From assembly GCA_023213395.1 (NCBI GenBank), contig CM041465.1, positions 122,333,741 to 122,397,740 on the forward strand: a stretch of 64,000 nt of DNA. Direction: 5' to 3'. The stretch comes from Cycas panzhihuaensis. Its lineage: Eukaryota; Plantae; Cycadophyta. This document shows, piece after piece, positions 37,901 through 50,189 of this stretch (positions are counted from its first letter, which is position 1; each line of letters opens with the position of its first letter). The notes under the pieces were generated by a model, which was given only the letters and a program-made list of their open reading frames with translations, made no database searches and was not told the origin of the DNA. Made by a program: the position numbers and the translations under genes.

Positions 37901-40900
37901 GATTTCAAATCTATTAAATCCAAAATACTCTTTAAAAATGAGTTTAAAAATATTTAGTAGTATGTATTTCATATTTCCAACCTTCATTTGGCAGAAAAAC
38001 GCTATTTAGACTCTTAAAATATAAAAAAATTACATTTTGTTATGGCTATGTTTTACTAGGGTACAACCAGTCTAGTCCTCAATGCGACCAACCAGTCCTC
38101 AGTATGATCAGTCTAATCCTTGGTATGATTAGACCTACCTCAGGTATGACTAGACCAATAGCTAGTGCAACTAGGTTTTACCAAGGTGCGACTACTCCCA
38201 TCTTTGGAGTGACCCAAAAATGAAAGCTCTCATGAAAATCACATTTTAATAGAGAAAATAGACTTTATTTGACATGAAATTTTAGGAGAACGTTAGAATA
38301 GGTGTCCTCTACCCAATGGATAAAAGAGATCGAAGATTTAAACTAATTTAAATTAGTTTTAATTAGATCAAATGAAGGGTTAGAGACTGAAAATAGAAAA
38401 ATAGTTTTTAAGAAAGAATAGAAATAGGGAGGTTTAAAAACCACCCAGATTTATCCAGAAAGTAGAGAGGAGCACTTGGCAATCTCAGAAGTAGTAGGAG
38501 AAGGAAGTTATTTGGGTAATAACTCAGTTTAGGTTTCCAAAACATAAAAATTCTCCAATACAAAGACTTCACAAAAGGCGAAAGCATGAAGATAGAATGG
38601 ATAGGGAAGGAGCATTCAAAAGGAGTCCAAATCTATTTCTAAGGCATGGGAGGAGTTTGAGAAGGTTCAGATGCAATGTAGGAAAGATGAAGAAAGTGGT
38701 AGCAGTCTAGCAAAGATGCCCAAGTTAGTGCATTATCCCAAAAAGGGTTTTACAGCTAAAATAACAAATTAAATCTCATTTCTTAAAAAACTGGAAAATA
38801 TTCCAGTTAGGACACAACAGCCTAGATCATGCCTAACACCTTCTCATCCATTTTAGATTGCTAAAGTAGTATAGAAAGTGCACAATAATGCATATAAGAA
38901 AATAGAATTTTTTTAAGAACATTTTCAAATGTAAAGTATATAAAATTGTATATTGAATTCTAAATTTGTTTCAATTGGTTAAAGTTTTCACTTTCCCATT
39001 CAAATTCAAATTAATATATTTTTGGTATTAGAGCATAGTTTTTAAAAAACTCTTAGGAGTTTAGGGATTCTTGAAGGAAAAATAGAGAAAAGAACCTCAT
39101 TATCTTGCTATACAAAAAGATTACATGAAAACTAGGTTTCAATACCTATTAATTGGTAAACCTTTGAGAAAAAGATGGAGAAAAGGTTCAAAAAGATGGA
39201 GCAAAACCTTGATAGGTTAACTCAACTCATAACACAACTTATTTCTTAATAAGGTACATCTTTATTAATAGCCAAAGGTGAGAAGAAGGAAGAAGATGAA
39301 CTAGTAAAATAAGAGACAAGTGAAGGACCTACAGAAGACCAGTAAGCTGAAGAAGAAGAAGATGATAGTCCATCGATGGTTGTGCATCTATTTAAGGCAG
39401 AAGTGAAACTTGAACTGCCCATCTATGATGGAACTTTAGATGCTAAAAAGTTAGATAATTGGTTAGACCAACTAGAAACATACTTTTTAATTTATGGGTA
39501 AAAATCCATCAGAAAATCACTTTTTCTAGGTTAAAACTATCTAAACATGTATTAGTTTGGTGGAATGTATATCTTAAATCCTATAATGTGGCTAAAATCA
39601 TATGGTAGTGATTTAAATCCCTCATAAAGAAGCAATTCTATCTTATTAGGTATGAAGAGCAGCAAATGATTAAATAATAGTTTTAAAGGAAAATGTAAAG
39701 CTAAAGTTGAAGGTAAAGCTTGACTTAACTCTATTGGAGATGAAGATCTTTACGGTACAGAAGGAGCTAATGAGAAGGTGATGCTCATGGCCAATGCTAA
39801 ACCCAAAAATAGCCATCAATAAGTTGATCTAGAGATTGGAGAGGAGCTCTTCATGGTAAGAATCTAAGTAAAGAGAAGTATGATTGATGCCATCTTTGAT
39901 GGAAGAAGCCAGAAGAACTTAATCTTAGAGGCATTGGTGAAGAAGGTGGGATTAAAAATGAATGCACATCCAAAACCATATCCTCGTGGATGGCTACAAA
40001 AAGTCTCAGAGCTATAGGTTACTCACTAATATAAGTTTAAATTTGTAATTTCTAAAAAATTTATTAATGAAGTTGAATGTGAGGTAGTTACTTTAGATGT
40101 TTGTCAAGTTATATTTAGCAGTTCATATCTCTATGATAGAGATGGAGTCCATCATAGGAGGCTGAGGAAGATTCAACTCCTTCAGGATGAAAAATTATAT
40201 TTGATCAATGCATCAAAGCCACAAAAGAAGATCTCCCTCATATCCTCCCAATAAGAGAAAAGGGTGATTAATACTTGTGGGAAAGTTGAGTTGCCAATGA
40301 TGAAACATAAGGTGGAAGAAAAGAATCAAGTAGAGCCCTTAATGCATGTGCTGGATAGAAAACAATTGCAATAAATTGAAGGCCTAAGAAATACGTATAA
40401 TGACATATTCTAGGAGCCAAAAGGGCTTCCCCCTAAGAGGGAAATTGAGCATGAAATCTATTTGGTTGTCAATTCACCTTTGCCCAATCTTAGTATCTAC
40501 CAAAACTCCATTTTAGAAAATAAAAAGATTAAGAAGCAGATTCAAGAACTCTTGGAGCAAGAAGTGATTAAGCCAAGTTGTTCTCCTTATAGTTCACTTA
40601 CTGTTTTGGTGCTAAAGAAAGATGGAGGATGGAGAATATGAATTGACTACCATGATTTGAATAAGATCATTATAAAGAATTGACATCCCCTACCATGGAT
40701 AGATGACTTATTGGACTAAATATAATTTGCAAGATATTTCAGTAAGTTAAACCTAAAATAAGACTACCATTAGGTTTGAATCTAGGAGGAGGACACTTAG
40801 AAGACAACCTTCAAATCAAAGCAAGGGTTATTTAAATGGATGGTGATGCCTTTTGGTTTGTGCAACATACCTGCCACCTTTATAAGGTTGATGAATGAGG

Positions 40901-43900
40901 TATTAAGACCCTTCATCGATGACTTTGTTATTGTTTATCTATATGATATTCTGATTTTTAGCTAGACTTGGGAGGAGCACCTCCAACATGTTAAGTAAGT
41001 ACTTAAAGTCTTTCAAGGGTAGCAATTAAAACTTAATCTAAAGAAGTGTGAGTTTGGAAAGTAATCTCTCATCTTCTTAGGTTTTATAGTTGGAGGAGGA
41101 GAATTGAAGATTAACCTAGCAAAGATTAGAGTCATTCTCAAGTGGCCCATACCTAAGAAAACCATGGAGGTAAGAAGTTTCATTGGTGCTTGTTAATATT
41201 TAAGAAAATATATGTTTAAATTCTTTCAAATTGTAAAACCTCTACATGCATTGATGCGGGGGGCATACAAAGTTCCATTAGGGGAATGAACAAGAGAAAG
41301 TCTTTAGCCTTTTGAAGCAGAAAATCTATGAAGTGCTAGTATTAGCCTTACCCTCATTATAGAAACCATTTAAGTTGGAGATTGGTGCTTTAGGCTATGC
41401 TATGGGAGTAGTGTTGAAGTAAGAGAGAAGATCAGTTGCATATCATTCAGTGACTTTTAATGGAGTTGTAATAAACTAGCTAACTTACGATAAGAGGCTC
41501 TATGCATTATACCAAGCAGTCAGGCATTTGAGACCTTACTTGTAGGGAAAAGAGGTGGTTATCCACACCAACCACAAGCCTTTGTAATTCTTACAGATAC
41601 AATCTAAATTATAGCAAGCCAGGCATATGAAGTGGATGTCCTATTTGCAATAGTTTCACAACGTGGTTAAATACAAGAAAGACACAATAAATAAAATTAC
41701 ATACTTACTATCTAGACCTTCTTAATAGTAAGGTATTTCTAGCTTGTTAGTATCTATATAATTTTAACCCTTTTACCATGATGAATATATTGATTTATAC
41801 TTGAAGATGGGGCATTCAAGCCTATCTCGGAACAACTACAATAGGTAAAGATAGTTGCTAATTTTCAACTAAAAGATGGTCTACTTTTTAAGTATGATAA
41901 GCTTTGCATTCTAAAGCATATAGACTAAATGAAGTGGGTAAGAGAAGCTCACACCTCTCAAGTTACAGGACATTTCAGAGCAGGAAAAATATTACTAAAT
42001 TTACAATGATATATGTATTAGCCCAATATGCAACAAGACGTAATTATAGTAGCACAAGGATGTATATTGTATAGCACATTAAAGCCAACCAATAGGAAGT
42101 TAGGATTGTACACTCTACTTCTTATTCTATCGCAACCATGGGAGAGCATCTCTATGGATTTCCTTAGAAGAGTACCACAGATCAAAAATGGTATGGATTA
42201 TTTATTCGTAGTTATTGATCAATTTAGTAAATTGGTGTTGTTGATTCCTTGTAGGAAGATACATACAAAAGAAGACATAGCTAGATTATTTTTCTATCAT
42301 GTTTGAAAGCATTTTTGGCTTCTTAACTCTATCATTTCTAATTGAGATAATAGATTTTTGAGCTATTTTTGGCAAACTTATTAGGGAATGATGGATACAA
42401 AGCTAAAGATAAGTATGACCTTTCATCCTCAAACAGATGGCCAAACTAAAGTTATTAACAGAATGTTGGTGGTGTAGTTGTTATGAGGATATAATGACAA
42501 GCATCCTAAGATTTAGGATGAAAGCCTCCCATACCTATAATTTACCTTCAATAGAGAAATTGATAACTCAACTCAGAAATCACCATTCTAGGTATGTTTT
42601 ACATTTTTACTATAAGTCCATTTGATTTAGAGTTTTTAGCTCAACTTTCTACAGGAAATAGGGAGGAGGAAGAATAACAAGAGAAGGTACAAAGATTCTT
42701 ATAAATAATTGGAAATTTTCATCAACAGGTTTAGGATCAACTTCAAAAATCTCAGTAGAGATATAAATAAAGGCATGATATACATAGAACCAACCATTCC
42801 TTTAAGGAAGTAGATCAAGTTTGGTTGTATCTTAGCAAGAAAATATTACAAGTTGAAGGTAAAAAGTTAAATCATATATGTTATAGTCCCTTTACAATCT
42901 TAAATATGATTAGAAAAAATGCTTTTCAGCTTGAACTTCTAGAATTAATAAAGATGTATTCAGTTGTGAATGTTGAAAATTTGAGGATGTTCGAGCCATA
43001 CGTGTTAGATGAAGATGAAGATGGTATTCCACTCTTGCCAAATTTGAAAGAGTTATAAGTGGAGAAAGAATAACCAATACAAAATTATTGTATTCTGATC
43101 CAGGAGGATCTATCATATGTCTATATGAGGCAGAAAATGCTAGGAAGATCTACTATATGTCTATAGAAGGCAGAAAATGCTAGGCATTGGCATAATTGAA
43201 AGAGATAGGGCCAAATGGTGTTGAACTAATATGAAATTTTGTGGAAAGAAAGAAGACACATCCCACTAAATGTGTGAAAAAGGTGGGGTTCATAAAATAT
43301 CATTTGATTAGATTTCAAGCCTTGTTTTGTAGAAAATTGATCTAATAGCCAATAGAAAAATAAAAAATACATACTATTATTAAATCAATAAAAATATAGT
43401 CAAATGATACCCAAATGAGTTTAAATTATGGGGAAGTGAAGGGAACATGTGTACCTATACATGTACTAAAGTTTATCTGAATTGGAGTTTGTTAACCCTA
43501 AGTACCAAGCTATAACCTTTTAAAATTGCATGAATGCCACTTAGACAACATGCATTCTAGTTGTTAGTTATTATACTTATATGATTGCCACTTTTTAAAC
43601 ATGCATTTTGGGTTTCTTTCTATAAATTGAGACCTGTTGAGCTCATTTATATGGTTGGAGACTTAGTTCTTGAATGTGAAAGACACTTGACTTGGGAAGC
43701 ATCCTTGGGGAAGCACTTGGAGGGTCGGAGGCCCCCTTTATGGTATAATTGTATCATTTATTCCTTATAACTTGACCATTCTTTTGCTAGTTGTTTTCTC
43801 TACCATTAAATGGAGATTTTTATAGTTTAATAAAAGTATTACTCTTCTTACCTTTAGAGCAATAGAAAGTATAAATGATTTGGTATAGAATTTTCTTTTG

Positions 43901-44977
43901 TGGGCTCATTCTTGTTTTGATGTTATTGGGATTTCTACACTAACTCCCTGGATCTCAAGGAGAAAGGTTGGTAATTGATTTCTTCACCAATTAAGCTCTA
44001 CTTTGGGATCATATTCTTTAAAAGAAGCAAACCATAACTAGAAAAGTCATAATTAAGTCTTTCAAGATTACAGAGAAAGGACAAGTGCCCAACAAAGCAA
44101 AATAGTATAGCAATGAGAAGGGAATGAAGGAAAATATGTTTGTAAACTATGAGCCAAACTAAGCTCTGATACCAAATGAAGGAAAAAATATGGAGCCACA
44201 ATGCTCTGATACCATGTTAGAAATAATATTTGCAAGAAACAATAATAGCAAAACTATGCTCTATACCAGTATTGCATCAATACATCAATGTATCACCATT
44301 ACAATAGCATAAAACACATAAAAGCCTTGTTGTTCAATCCATTGTAGTAGAATGAGGATTACAAATCTCCTCAAAAGTAGGTGGTGTCTAAAAACACCAG
44401 GGTTGTACACCCCTTAACATTTATAGTTTGGGGAGGGAAACTCCTCAACCCTTGAATTCAAATTAATAATAAAATAATACAACTTAACTCAAATGAAACT
44501 AACTCAACTTACCTTAACTTACCTTGACATGTTGAGCATCACATGTCTAAATTGAGGTGCACAAGCCTGGTAGGTAAGAGGGAGTTGAGTGATGACATTA
44601 CACCCAACATTCTCCCCCTTAATGTCAGCACAAACACTTGTATCTTTTCCTTGAACTTGTGGAACTGGTACTTGAAAAAAACTTTGAAATTCCAATCTTG
44701 AACTTTGTCAATGCTTCTCACCCTTATAGTCACATATATCTCTTTATTATAGAATGATGTAGGAAGACTATAGGTAGATGAAACTTGATGTAAAAGTAGA
44801 TGAATAGCTGTAATTTGGACTTAAACTTTTGTACTCTTTATGCTTTGAACAGTTGTCATATCACCAGGTTCATTCTTCGTTATGTCATAAGATTCGTCTT
44901 CATGATGCTCCCCCTCAAATGGAGGATCAAACCCTTGTGCAACAAGGTGGTCCTGCATTTGATTTGAATCTTCATTA

Positions 44978-45304
44978 TTAGTCATGATCTACATTCATCA
45001 CCTGTCTCACATGCTCATCAAAAGTTTCATCAAATACAGTGGGGATATCTCCCCCATAAGTAGAAATCAATAAATTCCAAACAGGCTTAGATGTTGTCAG
45101 TTCAGAGACCAGTGAAAAAATATCATCAGTAATAGTGCAAAATAATAAACCTAAAATTTCATTATCTTTTCTAAAGTTTTCTTTAATGCTTAGGTCAAAT
45201 TCATGTTGTAAATACTTTAAAAGATCATGTTCAATAAAATAAATTTGCATGGTGTCATACCATAGTGAATAGTTATGGCCATTGAAAATGGGGAATTGTG
45301 CCAT
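44978..45304 (-). CDS. Truncated copia-type Gag N-terminal domain of element B
   Basis: MAQFPIFNGHNYSLWYDTMQIYFIEHDLLKY...KDNEILGLL...TSKPVWNLLISTY matches the DUF4219/Retrotran_gag_2-type pattern. No zinc knuckle or pol follows. Confidence 0.8.
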   Translation of the reverse strand: MAQFPIFNGHNYSLWYDTMQIYFIEHDLLKYLQHEFDLSIKENFRKDNEILGLLFCTITDDIFSLVSELTTSKPVWNLLISTYGGDIPTVFDETFDEHVRQVMNVDHD

Positions 45305-46619
45305 TTTGAAAGTAATTTAATCAATAAGAAAATGATGATAAGATCAAGTAAAAATCTTGAATAAACAATGAGATATAAACTAGAATTTTTTTTAAAATTT
45401 TTGAAAGAAGACAAGCTTGTTAGGATGTATATATATGCTCAACTTTAACAAATTGAAAACTATATTGAATAATGTCAGAATAACTTAAAATTTTATCAAT
45501 ATGTAGGTTGCTGAGATGTGAATCCAATAAAATAAACGGTTTTGAAAATGGATACCAATAAATCACGTTTTGAATGAGGCAAAGGAAGGGACCTCCTTAT
45601 GGAGCCTAACAGGAGCAGGGTAGGCAAAAATTGCATAAAAATACTAATTATCCTTTAAAAAAGTTGAACAAAGGATCAAATATTATTTATGAAGTAATTA
45701 ATGTTCTTCTAATTGAAAATTTTGAAAGAATATATTAAACAGGTGTAAAAAAAAACAGATTTAGGCCAATAAAATACCTCAACTTTAGCTGATTTGAAAT
45801 ATAAGAAAAATGTGTCAAAATATATGGAAAAATATATCACAATGAAGAGAAATGAGTCAGCTTCCCAACGAAGTTGACGGAAATGAAATCTGATAAAAAT
45901 TGCAAAAGTTATAGTGAAAAAGGTAACAAGTGTCTTTATGGAGAATGCTCAAGAAACAGGCAAAAAATAACTAAATTTCTTATTTTAGCGATTAAAATAT
46001 TAGTGAAAGTGAACTCAAAGAATTGAAATAAAAAATGGGTATTAAATTCTATATGACGTAGATCACAATAGAAAAATTTGGACACAAAAAGTTTACGAAA
46101 TAAATGACAGGTTCAAAACCGATTTTATTAAAATGCAAAACGCAAATTTCGAAAGTCTAATGTTAAAAAGGTCGAAACAAGGTCAAATGGGCACCAAATT
46201 GGTCTTATGACCAGTCGAAATCAATCTACGGAAAATTTCTGATCTATTGGCGTAGGTTTCGTCTGATACCGATGAGCCAATAAGAAGTTATGGCCATAAA
46301 AGCGCCAATAACCCTATAGAAAAATAAAATTTGAAAAAAAAAATAAAAGGAGAAAATGATATAAAAACTTATTAAACCTCTTTGAGATAACAAATGAACA
46401 CGTGCTAACTACGGCGGAGTGAGAGGGCTAAAAATTTTAAAACTTTGAATTAAAAAATATTAAATATAATAGAAATATATTTTTCATAAAAAAATGAAAC
46501 GTTAAAAGAACGCAACACTATAAAGTCGGGTCTATAGCATATAAAACCGAGTAAAAAAATAGGCGCCGAAGGTCAGGCAGTATATATGCGTGCCAAAAAG
46601 GATAGGACATGAATTAGTT

Positions 46620-47030
46620 AATGAATCGCAACACGCAGTACCGGCGAATAGTGAGGAAGGCGGTACCGCCACGCACGCAGTAACAACGCTTAAATGAAGC
46701 GTCTAACGGACGCAATATGCGCGGGCAAGTCAATCGCCAGAACGCTGCACGCAGACCGAGGGAACGGGGATGGAACAACGCCTTAAATGAAGCAAACAAC
46801 GCCTTAAATGAAGCGTCTTAACAGCGCGCCGAGCCGAGACGGATGAGGCGACGCAGGGCACGATCGAGGGAGAACGATGGCGATTGACGCAGAACCACCA
46901 CACACGGAGATAACGATGGTAGAACGCGAGAACCACACACGGAGATAACGTAGAGGCGGCGATGACCTAACGAATGCCAAAATGCGTAAGAGCAAAGACA
47001 AAGACAGAGCATAGAGACGCATCCGGCTCT
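46620..47030. other. CpG-rich island with short internal repeats inside element B
   Basis: Dense CG dinucleotides in an otherwise CG-poor window; cttaaatgaagc three times and accacacacggagataacg twice. Confidence 0.75.
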
Positions 47031-47133
47031 CTTTAGTTTTCTGGTTCCGGGTTCTTTGATTGTGTGATTGCAGGCTTAGTTTCTGGTTTGGTTGGTTTTT
47101 GTATAGCTTTGGGTTTTTGTTGCGGATCTGAAA

Positions 47134-47388
47134 ATGGCTTCAGCTGAAGTTGAGTATCGATGTTTTGTTGGCGGCCTTGCATGGGCCGCGGACGACAGAA
47201 GTCTGGAGCAGGCTTTCAGGCTTTTCGGAAAAGTTCTGGATTCTAAGATTGTATTTGATCGAGAGAATGGTAGAGCCCACGGGTTTGGATTTGTAACCTT
47301 CAATGATGTTCGTTGTACTGAATGTGGCAATCAGACTGTTGAAGATTTTCAAGCTGACATTACTATCCTGCTTAAAAGGATAATTTGA
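47134..47388 (+). pseudogene. Captured intronless N-terminal fragment (58 aa) of a GRP7/GRP8-type glycine-rich RNA-binding protein, fused to unrelated sequence and antisense to element B
   Basis: MASAEVEYRCFVGGLAWAADDRSLEQAFRLFGKVLDSKIVFDRENGRAHGFGFVTFND contains RNP2 (CFVGGL) and RNP1 (xGFGFVTF) of plant GR-RBPs. Similarity stops at 47307; the rest of the RRM and the Gly-rich tail are absent. Confidence 0.9.
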
Positions 47389-48577
47389 GATGAAATACGA
47401 GCTGAAAGAATGGATAAGGAAGTATATGAAAAGCTTAAAAAAGGTATATGAAAAGCTTGAAAAAGAATACGGGGAGACAATCCTATATGCCCCTCTTTTC
47501 TTAGAGAGTTGAATGGTTGTGAAGACAACGAAAAAAATTACTCTCTCAATATGATGTTCAAGGCCTTTTGCTAACATACATAAAAAAAAATTTGTAGTTG
47601 GATTCCAATTATCAAATGTGTTCCTCAGTTTCAAGATGCTATACTGTGTTCTATTTTTTTCAAGGGTACTTGTCCCTATTTATTTTTTTGTATTTTTTCT
47701 TTTGAGTCTTTCAAAGAAAACTTGCTTAATAATATGAGTTTTCAGCTGAAAAAATTAAAAAAATATATGTTTAAATTTTAAAAGATGAAGAACCAAATAT
47801 TTCAAGGTCATGCACAAAAAACAAAATTTTCAAATATACTCGAGCAGGATATATATATAAAATATGTGTTTTAGAACTGAAAAATAATCAAGAACACGAA
47901 CACGAATCAGTGGGCTTTGTAGTGAAAATAAGCTTCAAAAGCTTCCAATATCTGATCCGCAATGTATTCTTCTAAAAAAAAAAGCTAAATATACTCCAGA
48001 AATTGTAGATCTGTAGAAAACTTGAAAATATAGTTAAACAATATAATGGAAAATATAAATCTGAAATGAAATATAATAGATCTTGAACTAAATGTAATAG
48101 AAAATGCTGGAAAATCTGATACAATAAGCGGTTATAATAAAGTTAGCAGATCCAAGTAACAAGTTCTAGATCTCTGAAAAAAACTTGATAACTTTTATAT
48201 GCAGCTGATGCTCTTTTGTAAATCTGCAAAAAAATGTCAAATAAGTAGACAAATAACTTGTAAACTGTCAAAATATATGATAAATTTGTAAATCTGAAGA
48301 GAAAATAACTTGAATATGAGAATAAAACTTGAATGTATATAACTTGTCAAAATCCTTTGTAGATCCGCACAACCGAAAAATAGATCTCAGTAATATTTGT
48401 TAACCAGAAATATAGCTCAATAATAATCAAAATCTGCTGAAATGGTATATAAAACTTGCTAAAAATTTTTAGAAAATAAATCTAGTTAATATATATTACT
48501 TGTAAAAAAAATCTATTGTAGAGTGCCAGTAGATCTTGGTGCTCTTCTTCAAAGCTTCAGCAGGTCAGCAATCGCCT

Positions 48578-48681
48578 GCTCTGATACCAAATGAAGGAAA
48601 ATATGTTTGTAAACTATGAGCCAAACTAAGCTCTGATACCAAATGAAGGAAAAAATATGGAGCCACAATGCTCTGATACTA
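48578..48681 (-). repeat. Three stacked tRNA-iMet PBS copies, each preceded by an LTR-end motif (two copies also in the other LTR at 44163-44174 and 44203-44214)
   Basis: gctctgatacca at 48578, 48630 and 48670 (last with one mismatch); spacings 52 and 40 bp. Confidence 0.9.
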
Positions 48682-49264
48682 TGTTAGAAATAATATTTGC
48701 AAGAAACAATAATAGCAAAACTATGCTCTATACCAGTATTGCATCAATACATCAATGTATCACCATTACAATAGCATAAAACACATAAAAGCCTTGTTGT
48801 TCAATCCATTGTAGTAGAATGAGCATTACAAATCTCCTCAAAAGTAGGTGGTGTCTAAAAACACCAGGGTTGTACACCCCTTAACATTTATAGTTTGGGG
48901 GAGGAGGGAAACTCCTCAACCCCTGAATTCAAATTAATAATAAAATAATACAACTTAACTCAAATGAAACTAACTCAACTTACCTTAACTTACCTTGACA
49001 TGTTGAGCATCACATGTCTAAATTGAGGTGCACAAGCCTAGTAGGTAAGAGGGAGTTGAGTGATGACATTACACCCAACAGGGAAAAATTAAATTCCCTT
49101 ATTTATAATTATAAGGGTCATGAGCTCTTAAAAATGGGTAGTTCTAATTTATTTTCAAATCCATTAAATCTAAAATACTCTTTAAAAATGAGTTTAAAAA
49201 GAAAAATGCTATTTAGACTCTTTAAATATAAAAATATTATATTTTGGTATGACTATATTTTACT

Positions 49265-49400
49265 AGGGTATGCCTAGTCCAGTCCTTGATGTGATTAGCC
49301 AGTCCTCGATGTGACCAGTCCAATCCTCGATGTGACCAGACCTACCTCAGGTATGACCAGACTAGTATCTAGTGCAACTAGGTTTTACCAAGGTGCAACA
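49265..49400 (+). repeat. About 21-bp degenerate tandem repeat in the gypsy LTR (paired copy at 38060-38200)
   Basis: cagtccttgatgtgattagc / cagtcctcgatgtgaccagtc / caatcctcgatgtgaccagac. Confidence 0.6.
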
Positions 49401-50189
49401 AGTCTTATTTTTGGTGTAAACTAAAAATGGTAACTCTCACAAAAATCACATTTTGACAAAGAAAATAGACTTTATTTTATGTAAAATTTTAGGAGAACAT
49501 CGGAATAGGTGTCCTATACCTAATAGATGAAAGAGATCAAAGATTTTAATTGATTTAAATTAGTTTTTATTAGAACAAATAGAGGGTTAGAGAATGAAAA
49601 TGGAAAAAGGATTTTCAAGAAAGAACGAACATAGGAAGGTTTAAAAACCATCCAGATCTATCTAAAAAGTAGAGAGGAGCACCCAATTATCTTAGACGCA
49701 ATAGAAGAAGGAAGTTATTTGGGTAATAACTCAATTTAGTTTCCCAAAGTGGAGAAATTCTCTAATATAAAGACTACATAAGGAGTATTCAAAAGGATCC
49801 CAGATTTGTTCCTAAGGCACGGGAGGAGTTCGAGAAATCTTAGATATAGCATGAGAAAGACGAAGATAGTGGTAGTAGTCTAGCAAAGACACCCAATTCA
49901 GTGCATTATCCCAAAAAGGATTTTATGGCTGAAATAACAAATTAAATATCATTTCTTAAAAAACTGGAAAACATTCCAATTGGGACACAACAACCCAAAT
50001 CGTGCCCAACACCTTTTCATCCTTCCTAGATTGCTAAAGCAACGTGAAAAGTACCCAATAGTGCACATAAGAAAATAGAGTTTTTGTAAGAATATTTTTA
50101 AATGTAAAGTATATGAAATTGTATATTGAATTCTAAGTTTATTTCAATTGGTTAAATTTTTTACTTTCCCATTCAAATTTAGATCAATT

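Larger units (their letters stand above)
44125..49080 (-). mobile_element. Element B: young non-autonomous gag-only LTR retrotransposon carrying a host gene fragment
   Basis: LTRs 44125-44609 and 48592-49080 differ by about 4 substitutions and one 4-bp indel. Perfect TSD GGGAA (44120-24 / 49081-85). PBS reverse complement 48578-48589; PPT reverse complement ttctccccctt 44610-44620. Confidence 0.95.
37900..50189 (+). mobile_element. Decayed Ty3/gypsy element with 5'-truncated 5' LTR; its 3' LTR (about 43111-50189) is split by element B
   Basis: 37900-39016 aligns with 49150-50189. PBS tggtattagagc 39023-39034. gag about 39120-39700, protease DAIFDGRS about 39885, RT 40400-41100, RNaseH about 41350-41700, integrase ORF 42028-42306 (PWESISMDF..LFVVIDQFSK). 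Confidence 0.85.

Noticed and set aside
44905-44920. Second PPT-like tract (gagggggag on minus; also near 34944 in A and 13708 in D)
   Set aside because: Not followed by an LTR-start motif and may simply be coding sequence; insufficient support for a functional central PPT.
46614-47022. Four overlapping minus-strand ORFs of 61-72 aa
   Set aside because: Expected by chance in a GC-rich, stop-poor island; no recognisable protein motifs.
47134-47388. Functional host GRP gene
   Set aside because: The RRM is truncated after RNP1, there is no Gly-rich tail, and it lies inside an LTR element bounded by a TSD.
47140-47634. 164-aa minus-strand ORF
   Set aside because: Antisense shadow of the GRP fusion frame, with no domain features.
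48578-48690. CRISPR-like repeat-spacer appearance
   Set aside because: The repeats are tRNA-iMet PBS plus LTR termini in a plant retroelement, with only 2-3 units and no cas genes. Reported as a PBS stack instead.
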